64,000 nucleotides of DNA. It comes from an uncultured Dehalococcoidia bacterium (GTDB lineage Bacteria > Chloroflexota > Dehalococcoidia > Lucifugimonadales > UBA826). The number at the start of each line of letters is the position of its first letter. The stretch's first letter is position 1. The notes under the pieces are model-generated. The model was not told the origin of the DNA. It did no database searches and saw only the letters and a program-made list of their open reading frames with translations. The stretch is from assembly GCA_964409595.1 (NCBI GenBank), contig CAYPDR010000024.1, positions 63,808-127,807 on the forward strand. Reading direction: 5' to 3'. This document shows positions 56,456 through 64,000 of the stretch, piece by piece. A program made the position numbers and the translations under genes.

Positions 56456-57853
56456 TTATAAGGTATCGAACCATCCTTTCACTTGTTCTACATGTTCTGC
56501 AGTAGTACCACTGCTGCCGTAACATGCAGACACAAAAGCACCTGTTAAACCCACGACTGAACTCGGTCTAAAAACATTTGAAAGATGCGGAATCATCTCG
56601 TCTGGAGTCATGTCATATCTACGGTTAACCCCTTTCGTTTCTCCCAGGTTTAACATTTTGTAGTAAGACAGTAGGGTCTCCCTTGTGCCTTCATCAACAT
56701 CAGGTGGTATTCCGTAGCCCATTTTACCGCGCTTATTTACAAACTCAGGTACTAGATTTTTCGCAAGCCTTAATAAATCATCCATAAGACCGACATCTTC
56801 GGACAAATCAAATCGGCTTTCATCTGGGATTGTTCTTACCCATCTCACTCTCCTTTTGAAAGCGAGTCCTAAGACAACTAAAACTACAAAAATACCGAGA
56901 GAAATCGCCAGCACCTCCACAATACCTGCGAGAATAGATGGTTCTTTATCCCCTGTCTGAACTACCATCTCTTGAACAGCTTCTCCTAAGCCAAATTGGG
57001 ACAAGGGTTGGAGAGGGTCTTCACTCGGATCAGGGGATCCCAAAACCCATCTGAGGCCTCGCAATATGTATTCCACCAAATAGGCTAAAGGAACTACTAT
57101 GGCGTAGATGATAACTATGCCAACCCAACTTAATAACGTGATTAAAGGTCGAGAAATATAACTAAGAAATTCGTTCCCCAGAGAGCTAAAGAAGGCTCCA
57201 ACTCCCAAAACACAGGCGACCATGCCCAATATGATTGTCGCCCATCGAATGCCTTTAATTTTTGGCAGAATACCTGGAATTATCCTGCCGATGGCTAGCC
57301 CCCCTAAAGACGAGGCAAAAAAAAGTAACATCAGTAAATTCAAATGAAGGTTTGAAGAATGAAACGTGTCGACGATGACACAGACGGCGAGGATTAGAAC
57401 TCCGATTCTAAAACTGAATATCAAAGACTCCATTGGGAAATCAGAAGCACCTGAAAGCCCTCCCCGCAACCATACTATTGACGACATGACGAATGCCGAT
57501 ACCACTAGGTGTGTAGGTTCACCAAACTTGAAACCCCATTCGTCCAGCCCACCGATCCACGTCAAATCGAATCCGATTCCATCTGGAATACTTGTAATAC
57601 CCACCAACAAATACACCAAAAGGGCCCCGCAAAACATTTGGGTGCAAAATGAAATTGATGGACTGATTTTCAATAACCCTATTCCCCTAGATAAATAAAG
57701 AGAACTCCCGTAAAGAACAAGACAAGATAACCAAGGAACAGGACTTCTATCGAGTCCTGTTAATAACCCGATGACAGAATATATTGCATAGATCCAAACG
57801 GTTTCTGACAATATAAATGCTAAAGTGACTAGCCTATCCTGCATGGAAGTCAC
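56456..57853 (-). CDS. Polytopic membrane protein with C-terminal DUF4129-like domain
   Basis: 465 aa with many TM helices. The soluble C-terminal tail (TPDEMIPHL...LTGAFVSACYG) resembles DUF4129, which is normally found in TgpA-type partners of MoxR/DUF58. No transglutaminase Cys-His-Asp core is seen. Confidence 0.55.
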   Translation of the reverse strand: MTSMQDRLVTLAFILSETVWIYAIYSVIGLLTGLDRSPVPWLSCLVLYGSSLYLSRGIGLLKISPSISFCTQMFCGALLVYLLVGITSIPDGIGFDLTWIGGLDEWGFKFGEPTHLVVSAFVMSSIVWLRGGLSGASDFPMESLIFSFRIGVLILAVCVIVDTFHSSNLHLNLLMLLFFASSLGGLAIGRIIPGILPKIKGIRWATIILGMVACVLGVGAFFSSLGNEFLSYISRPLITLLSWVGIVIIYAIVVPLAYLVEYILRGLRWVLGSPDPSEDPLQPLSQFGLGEAVQEMVVQTGDKEPSILAGIVEVLAISLGIFVVLVVLGLAFKRRVRWVRTIPDESRFDLSEDVGLMDDLLRLAKNLVPEFVNKRGKMGYGIPPDVDEGTRETLLSYYKMLNLGETKGVNRRYDMTPDEMIPHLSNVFRPSSVVGLTGAFVSACYGSSGTTAEHVEQVKGWFDTL

Positions 57854-59069
57854 CTGTTCTTTCTAATTCAGCAAAATGTCGACCAAGTTCGTAAACAAGT
57901 GTCCCTTCCGGCATAGTTGGGCAAACATTGTCAGAAACATAAGTTACAACTATTTTGTAGCCGAATCTTTTCAGCCTCTCAATGACTTCTACGAACTCCT
58001 CTGTAATTATTGAGGCCGTGATTACGAGAGTAGCACCCATCGGGAATCGGTTTACATTTTCCGACAAGTTGGAGGTCATCGAACCCATAGGAAGCGGACG
58101 AACCGTAGCCAGGGTTTCAAGGATGACCGTGAGTTGTTCGACCGATCGAGAGGGCGATATTTTCATAGGCCGGTCAGACAGTATTGGGGTCCCGTTCGAA
58201 AACAAACCTAACGAATACCCTTGATCTGAAACATATGAAGCCAGTGAGGCAGCACAAGTTATGATTCTTTCTAGATTTACAGCCGAGTATCCTTCCCAAA
58301 ACCTTAGCGAAGTTTCTATAGCCACAATCAAAACAACAGTCTGAGAAGAACTAGGTTCGAAAGTCCTCACTTTTAAATCGCCACTTCTGGCAGTAGCTTT
58401 CCAATCTACAAACTTCATTGGATCACTTGTTTGGTAATCTCTTATACCCGATGGACGAGATGGATCTTGAAACATTCGGATACCATGCTCGACATCACCC
58501 AAGGGCCTAGATTCCGGTAAGCCGAGTACAGGCAACTCTACAATATCGGGATATATCAACAGATAATCATCAGAGCGAACTCGGCGAATACTTTGGAACA
58601 GACCAAAACCATCGCCGCTTATTAAAGTTGCTGGCCCTATTCGTAAATATCCCCTCGTATTACCGCTGATCAAATAATCCCATCTGACTTTTTCATACCA
58701 AGACATAGAAGTTGAATGGCGCATTCGCGTCGTATGGGGGTCAGGGCTGTGCCCTAAAGTAGCTCCGTCAACAGTCAAAAATTCATCTAGATCATCATCT
58801 ATATCTATTCTGGAAATGGGTATGGGCTTCCTATTTGAAAGCTCAATGGACAGAGGAACTTTTTCCCCTTTAAAAACTCTTTTATGAGGGATGATACGTT
58901 CATAACCCAAATCTTCAAGGCAAAACTTGTTCCAGATCCAAGCGACGCTTGCAACCAACAACCCCATAGCACCAAGCCCAATCGCCATACCCATGCCTGA
59001 AAATATTCCTATCAGGATAAGTATCACAAAAATGGTTATCCAGAGATCGTGCCACCATCTTTTAAACAC
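57834..59069 (-). CDS. DUF58 (vWA-like) protein
   Basis: 411 aa. Two N-terminal TM helices, the DUF58 core (GIRDYQTSDPMKFVDWKATAR), and a degenerate vWA-like C-terminal half. Lies downstream of moxR. Confidence 0.78.
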   Translation of the reverse strand: MFKRWWHDLWITIFVILILIGIFSGMGMAIGLGAMGLLVASVAWIWNKFCLEDLGYERIIPHKRVFKGEKVPLSIELSNRKPIPISRIDIDDDLDEFLTVDGATLGHSPDPHTTRMRHSTSMSWYEKVRWDYLISGNTRGYLRIGPATLISGDGFGLFQSIRRVRSDDYLLIYPDIVELPVLGLPESRPLGDVEHGIRMFQDPSRPSGIRDYQTSDPMKFVDWKATARSGDLKVRTFEPSSSQTVVLIVAIETSLRFWEGYSAVNLERIITCAASLASYVSDQGYSLGLFSNGTPILSDRPMKISPSRSVEQLTVILETLATVRPLPMGSMTSNLSENVNRFPMGATLVITASIITEEFVEVIERLKRFGYKIVVTYVSDNVCPTMPEGTLVYELGRHFAELERTGDFHAG

Positions 59070-59120
59070 TCTCAGTACCCAAGACAGTAAGGACAGAGTA
59101 CCGTGGGTTCGAGCATATAG

Positions 59121-60077
59121 TCAGTCTTTCTCAATTGGAACCGGTATACTTGATAGAACCTCTTCCACAATGCTATTTTGAGAATAACCTCTCAACCTAG
59201 CGTTGGCGGTTGGAATAATCCGGTGGGACAGGACAGGTTGGGAGAGTATCTTAACGTCATCAGGTATCACATAATCTCTACCAAGCAGTCCGGCTCTCGC
59301 TTGCGAAGCCCTATACAAGGAAATGGACGCACGAGGACTAGCACCGAGTTTGGTACGTTCACTAACACGGGTTGCCCGGACCAAATCCACTATATAACGG
59401 CGAATGCTATTCTCAACACGAACCTCAGATACTGCTTGTTGCATGAGTCGAAGTTGATTAGAGTCAACTTCAACCTCTTGGCTCGGTAGCTCTCCTCCAG
59501 ATTGGTAACGTAGTACCACATCTTCCTCCTGTTCAATAGTCGGATATCCTAAACTAATTCTTACCATGAACCTGTCAAGTTGAGCCTCGGGGAGCGGAAA
59601 AGTACCTTCCATATCAATTGGATTTTGTGTTGCAATAACAATGAACGGAAAAGGGAGCGAATGCGTTTCCCCATCAATAGTAACTTGACCTTCTTGCATT
59701 GCTTCTAGCAGAGCTGACTGCGTCCTAGGTGTTGCCCTGTTAATCTCATCAGCTAACACTACCCCACTGAAAATAGGCCCCGGCCTAAATTCAAAAACAT
59801 CTGTTTTCTGATTAAACCAATTAATTCCAAGCACATCTGATGGCATTAGGTCGGGAGTGAATTGTATTCTCCCAAAGCTACAATCCATGGCGCCTGATAA
59901 CGCCTTCGCCAATGTGGTCTTTCCAACCCCTGGAACATCTTCAACGAGGATATGCCCTCTACAAAGGACAGCAATTACCGTTAGGTCTATGCTGGAACCT
60001 TTTCCAACGATGATTTCACTCACACTATTTCGTAATCTAACCGCTACCTCTTTTATGATAGCAATATCATTTGCCAA
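59121..60077 (-). CDS. MoxR-family AAA+ ATPase
   Basis: 318 aa with Walker A DVPGVGKTTLAK, Walker B VVLADEINRA, and the MoxR-typical VIATQNP and ASPRA motifs. Confidence 0.9.
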   Translation of the reverse strand: MANDIAIIKEVAVRLRNSVSEIIVGKGSSIDLTVIAVLCRGHILVEDVPGVGKTTLAKALSGAMDCSFGRIQFTPDLMPSDVLGINWFNQKTDVFEFRPGPIFSGVVLADEINRATPRTQSALLEAMQEGQVTIDGETHSLPFPFIVIATQNPIDMEGTFPLPEAQLDRFMVRISLGYPTIEQEEDVVLRYQSGGELPSQEVEVDSNQLRLMQQAVSEVRVENSIRRYIVDLVRATRVSERTKLGASPRASISLYRASQARAGLLGRDYVIPDDVKILSQPVLSHRIIPTANARLRGYSQNSIVEEVLSSIPVPIEKD

Positions 60078-60228
60078 TAAATAAGCTCCTTTATAATCCT
60101 GTCAAATAGCCAGAAGACATCGGACTAGAAATAATCTTGAGTACTACTTGCGATAAGGGCCCAAGTATATAGGAGAGAAATACCCCTAGATAGGCTTCGC
60201 TGCTTTATACTAGGGAACTTGAGATCAC

Positions 60229-60302
60229 TGCCCGGTGGTGTAGCGGTAGCACTAATGACTTTGAATCCTTCGACCCAGGTTCGAATCCTGGCCGGGCAGC
60301 CA
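60229..60302 (+). tRNA. tRNA-Gln (anticodon UUG)
   Basis: TGCCCGG-TG-GTGT-AGCGGT-AGCAC... with anticodon loop CU-UUG-AA. T arm is CCAGG-TTCGAAT-CCTGG, the acceptor 3' strand is CCGGGCA, and G-CCA is encoded. The anticodon stem has one T-C mismatch. Confidence 0.85.
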
Positions 60303-60304
60303 CA

Positions 60305-61042
60305 TTAAGTTTTTGTTATGTTAAGGATCTCGGCGATTCTAGCCTCTAATAACAAGGCTTCGCTTAAAGGAAGATTACCACCATCTAGCACAGACCTTTT
60401 CAGCGAGTGTAGAAGGTTTTGGTCAAGCAAAGTTAATGAATCAGCTATGGCTTGTGTTTCTAATTCAATGTCACAAATTGGCACGATCCTATCAATAAGT
60501 CCAATTTTCTTCGCTTCAATAGGACCTATGCTTTTGTTAGTTAAAATCATATCCAACGCTCTAGCGACACCAACCAATCTGGCCAACGTCTGAGTCCCGC
60601 CCGCTGCCGGGATCATTCCCAAAGCTACCTCTGGCATACGAAACTGACAATTATCGGCTGCCACCCTGATATCACAAAGGGCGGCAATTTCTATGCCAGA
60701 ACCAATAACGTACCCGTGCAGTGAGGCAATTACTGGCTTTCGTATGCTCAGGAACATACCCCACAGGTCGCGTTCCCACCTTACTGAGCGTGCTATTACT
60801 TGGGATGGAGCCGTACCGAACTCTGACAAGTCCGCTCCCGCACAAAATCCTTTTGGACCAGATCCTTTGATAATTGCCACTTTTGCTGTTGGGTCATCAT
60901 TGAGCAAACGGATCATTTGATATAAATCATCTCTCATTGCGACGTTAAAGGCGTTTATCTGATCCGGGCGATTTAGGGTCATAGTAGCAATACCGCGGTC
61001 ACATTCGTACACCACGGATGATTCTATACGGACCATGATCAT
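60305..61042 (-). CDS. Enoyl-CoA hydratase/isomerase (crotonase) family protein
   Basis: 245 aa with oxyanion-hole motifs FCAGADL and G.V.GSGIEIA. Confidence 0.85.
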   Translation of the reverse strand: MIMVRIESSVVYECDRGIATMTLNRPDQINAFNVAMRDDLYQMIRLLNDDPTAKVAIIKGSGPKGFCAGADLSEFGTAPSQVIARSVRWERDLWGMFLSIRKPVIASLHGYVIGSGIEIAALCDIRVAADNCQFRMPEVALGMIPAAGGTQTLARLVGVARALDMILTNKSIGPIEAKKIGLIDRIVPICDIELETQAIADSLTLLDQNLLHSLKRSVLDGGNLPLSEALLLEARIAEILNITKT

Positions 61043-61767
61043 TCTCCCTCGTATGTTGGAAGGCGCCTATTCAAAAATGAATTGATCCCTTCCGCACGAT
61101 CCGAGGTACTTTGCAAAATCACACTCAAATCCGCTTCTAGAACCATTCCATCCCTTATAGACATCTGAATACCAGAGTTCACAGCCTCTTTGAAATAGCG
61201 TGCAGCCACCGGGCCATGGCTAGATATTGTCTTTGCCAATCTAATGGCCTGAACAACTACGTCATTCTCATGAACGTATTGAACTAATCCCATTTCCAAT
61301 GCTTCTGCTGAATCGAATTCCCTGCCAGTAATTAATAGCTCAAGTGCCCTGCCTTGCCCAACTATTCTTGGAAGTCTCTGGGTGCCTCCGTTCACTGGCA
61401 TGAAACCCTTGACAATGTTAGGCATGGAGAACGTTGCCCTTTGAGAACAAAGTCTGATGTCAGTTGCCAATACGACCTCTAATCCCAAGCCATGAGCCCC
61501 TTTGTCGACAGCGGCAATCACGGGTATTTCAATTTGAGCAATAAAATCGGAAATTCCGGGAAGTTTCAGGCTCTCATCCGAAGCGCCAATTTCAAAAAAC
61601 ACCTTCGACTCTGAGGTGAGAACAATAGCACGAACTGTGTGGTTCTCCATGACATCGGCGCATGCGTCCTCCAAATCCCATACCAAGCTTGAATTGCATC
61701 CTTGGACGGGTAGCCTGAATACCGCGATTTTGCCATCATGAATTAGTTGTGTATCTATGCTGTTCAC
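61039..61767 (-). CDS. Enoyl-CoA hydratase/isomerase (crotonase) family protein, divergent
   Basis: 242 aa crotonase fold (VIAAVDKGAHGLGLEVVLATD). The first oxyanion motif is degenerate (FFEIGASD). Its stop overlaps the downstream start (ATGA). Confidence 0.75.
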   Translation of the reverse strand: MNSIDTQLIHDGKIAVFRLPVQGCNSSLVWDLEDACADVMENHTVRAIVLTSESKVFFEIGASDESLKLPGISDFIAQIEIPVIAAVDKGAHGLGLEVVLATDIRLCSQRATFSMPNIVKGFMPVNGGTQRLPRIVGQGRALELLITGREFDSAEALEMGLVQYVHENDVVVQAIRLAKTISSHGPVAARYFKEAVNSGIQMSIRDGMVLEADLSVILQSTSDRAEGINSFLNRRLPTYEGE

Positions 61768-61815
61768 GACAGAAATTATCCCCTTTATTTGCCGAATCAG
61801 GCTTACCCACGCGTC

Positions 61816-62916
61816 TCAATGTGGGTTTGCGCTATGATATTTCTCGGGGTGCGAAAAATAAACTAGAATCTCCTTAGCTGATGCCAGAATCGGAGGACCT
61901 AGTATTACACCCCATAACCCCCCAATTTCACTACCTATAACTATCCCGACTAGTATCATCAAAGGGTGTACCCTCAGTGCTAAGCTTTGAATCCTTGGAA
62001 CTAGAATCGCACCCTGAATAAATTGAACTCCGACATAAAGCAAAAGAACCAAAATAATCTTGTCAGGTGAAGTGGAAAGAACTACCACAACCGCCGGAAT
62101 GGCCCCTAACCATGCCCCAATAATCGGAATGAATTCAAAAATACCCGCTACCGCCCCAAGCAAAACAGCGTATTCCACTCCAAGAAAATATAGTCCCACT
62201 GAAATCGCGATCCAAACACAAGCTGCTAGTGACACTTGAGCTCTAACATAGGCCCCCGCTACGCGATTGAGAATTCTCAAGACGTAGACGACGTGAATCT
62301 GCCAATCCGTCGGAAAACTGTCTATAAATGAGTCCCTGACTTTTTCACGATCCTTCAATAAGTAGAAGACAAATATTGGAACTGCAACAAGCCCCACTAC
62401 TAGCGTAAGTGCATGCACGGCGGCAAGAGCGGTTTTGTTCAAAAGTTCTCGAAATGCTCCTACTAAAACCCCCCCTGCATCGGCCAAAGTATCATCAATC
62501 TCGAGACGGATTTCTTCAGGAATGGCAGAGGCGTATTCTCGGTTCCAACTTTCCACCGTGTTTCTGGCCTCAGTGATGAAACCAGGGAGCTTGACTAAAA
62601 GTTCTGTTGATTGACTGAATAAGGGAGGGACTATGAGCAACAATGCGAGAGCAGTACTGAAAAGGAAAGCAATGTATATGATAACGATAGATACTGTTCT
62701 AGAGAAATTTTGATATCTGGATCGACCAGGTAGCAACTTTTCTAGAGAGATAACCAGCGGGTGGAAAACATATGTTAGTACAATTCCGATCACTAAAGGG
62801 AAAAGTGCTCCTCTAACTAAGTAAAGGGCAAATATGACCACCCCGACTATAAGGAGTGAAATCGCAAGTTTACCTAATGTGTTTAGCGAAACCTTTATCT
62901 GAGTTCTTGTTTGCAA
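61816..62916 (-). CDS. AI-2E family transporter (PerM/UPF0118)
   Basis: 366 aa with about 8 TM helices and the C-terminal conserved pattern ...FIPIIGAWLGAIPAVVV... typical of the family. TTG start. Confidence 0.78.
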   Translation of the reverse strand: MQTRTQIKVSLNTLGKLAISLLIVGVVIFALYLVRGALFPLVIGIVLTYVFHPLVISLEKLLPGRSRYQNFSRTVSIVIIYIAFLFSTALALLLIVPPLFSQSTELLVKLPGFITEARNTVESWNREYASAIPEEIRLEIDDTLADAGGVLVGAFRELLNKTALAAVHALTLVVGLVAVPIFVFYLLKDREKVRDSFIDSFPTDWQIHVVYVLRILNRVAGAYVRAQVSLAACVWIAISVGLYFLGVEYAVLLGAVAGIFEFIPIIGAWLGAIPAVVVVLSTSPDKIILVLLLYVGVQFIQGAILVPRIQSLALRVHPLMILVGIVIGSEIGGLWGVILGPPILASAKEILVYFSHPEKYHSANPH

Positions 62917-63460
62917 TGATTTAAAGCTCGTCGTCGTTTAACCAAACAATAATGTGATCTGCTTCTACGCCATTATGTTCACTGTTCGCCCTTTAATCAA
63001 GAAAATTGGTCAAATTCGAAAACAGAGCTTCTCTATTACTGGTAATACCAATATCTTCCATGAAACGTCTGTACGCATTCGAGGCCAACCCTAATGATTC
63101 TAGGGAAGCATTTTACAAAGAGTCTCCATTCGAATCTGGATTAATGGAAAGCCTATCTTGAAATTTAGTCGGTACAAGCCAAGGCCAATCAGTCATCAGC
63201 TAGTTAACGTATTACGCCTCATGTACGCAGTAGAGGACAGTTTGATTCCTCATATTAAAAATCAGCTGAAAACCACCTGCAACAGTAGAAACAATACAGT
63301 GTAACTTCACTATTCGTACCCTCACAGGGAGGAAACTAACTGAGTGGCAATCACTCCACACTGAACTACTCAATAACCTTAAAGACCAGAGCCACAAACT
63401 TCTCAGTTGAGAGGCTCACTAGAGAAAATCTAGGTTGGTTTTTTAAGCATCCCTCTACAT

Positions 63461-64000
63461 CTAATGAGGTAAAATCACTACTCTGCGGTCCGCTCCCTCG
63501 CCTGAACTTTCAGTGTATACGCCTTCCCGCTCAGCGAGGGCTATGTGGACCACTCTTCTCTCCCTAGGGTTCATGGGTTCGAGTTCAATCGAACGACCAG
63601 TTGTGATCACTCTTTGTGCAACCCTGTTTGCTAGATTACCTAGAGATTGTTTACGTCGCTCATCATAACCCTCTACATCGAGCGAAAGATTGACTCTTTG
63701 GCCAGTTTTTTGACTGATCATAAAGCGTACTAAGAATTGCAATGATCTTAAAGTTTCACCTTTCCGTCCAATAAGAAGTCCGGAATCATCTCCCTCTATT
63801 TCGAAGAGAGGGCCCCCATCCTCTTCAGTTCTAGCTTGACGTATATTTGAAACAACATCGACTCCCATGAGTGAAATTAATTGGTTAACAGTTTCGTGGG
63901 CAACGTTTATGGTGTCGCTTGCTAAATCGTCTTCTAAAAGCGCCTCTTCAATCTTAGTTATTTTTACTTTTGCTGGTTCGCTTCCGAGTCCGAATACCCC
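63461..64000 (-). CDS. jag: Jag/KhpB-like RNA-binding protein (KH + R3H domains), 5' end outside the window
   Basis: KH (LLIGRKGETLRSLQFL) and R3H (LEPMNPRERRVVHIAL) motifs. The frame stays open from 63868 to the window edge (GVFGLGSEPAKVKI...). Confidence 0.8.
   Translation of the reverse strand, partial: GVFGLGSEPAKVKITKIEEALLEDDLASDTINVAHETVNQLISLMGVDVVSNIRQARTEEDGGPLFEIEGDDSGLLIGRKGETLRSLQFLVRFMISQKTGQRVNLSLDVEGYDERRKQSLGNLANRVAQRVITTGRSIELEPMNPRERRVVHIALAEREGVYTESSGEGADRRVVILPH

Noticed and set aside
62940-63195. The stop-interrupted frame as a further selenoprotein or recoded gene.
   Set aside because: The interrupting codons are TAA, not TGA, so Sec recoding cannot apply. I kept it only as a possible pseudogene.

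Overview
This 64-kb window looks like chromosomal DNA from a moderately AT-rich aerobic bacterium, with no rRNA genes, CRISPR arrays, transposases or integrases. The gene content suggests a marine Chloroflexota/SAR202-like lineage: a T-box leader, a caa3 oxidase cluster, a type-E-like succinate dehydrogenase, several enolase-superfamily, thiolase and crotonase paralogues, and a cytoplasmic RdhA/QueG-like protein. This placement is inference only, since no search was run.

Gene order along the window:
- udg, RNase J, ftsK, and a fused accD-accA.
- A minus-strand ilvBNC-leuACD operon behind a Leu (CUC) T-box leader.
- sdhA, sdhB and a CCG-domain subunit.
- An MFS transporter and tRNA-Pro.
- ctaA, ctaB, the caa3 oxidase genes ctaCDEF, ctaG and sco1.
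- rplT, rpmI, infC and thrS.
- Sugar-acid dehydratase-like enolases and a TauE exporter.
- A 933-aa GT-C/PA14 membrane protein.
- A DUF503 gene, an MrfA-like helicase, an RdhA/QueG-like Fe-S protein and a SelW-like gene, all co-directional.
- Thiolase/DUF35 genes.
- selB followed by a tight four-gene HerA/NurA module.
- thiolase, thrC, a class-III aminotransferase, trxB and crcB.
- A MoxR/DUF58/DUF4129 set, tRNA-Gln, two crotonases, an AI-2E permease and a partial jag.

The most interesting observations are:
1. The tightly coupled module at 45090-49025. It pairs a HerA-type ATPase and a NurA-like nuclease with two small proteins I cannot place, and it sits directly downstream of selB.
2. A SelW/Rdx-family selenoprotein gene. 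Its true N-terminus (CVPU motif) reads through an in-frame TGA that the ORF track truncates, and a SECIS-like hairpin follows the TGA.
3. An amidohydrolase whose catalytic HxH N-terminus lies upstream of any canonical start codon, next to an A8 homopolymer.
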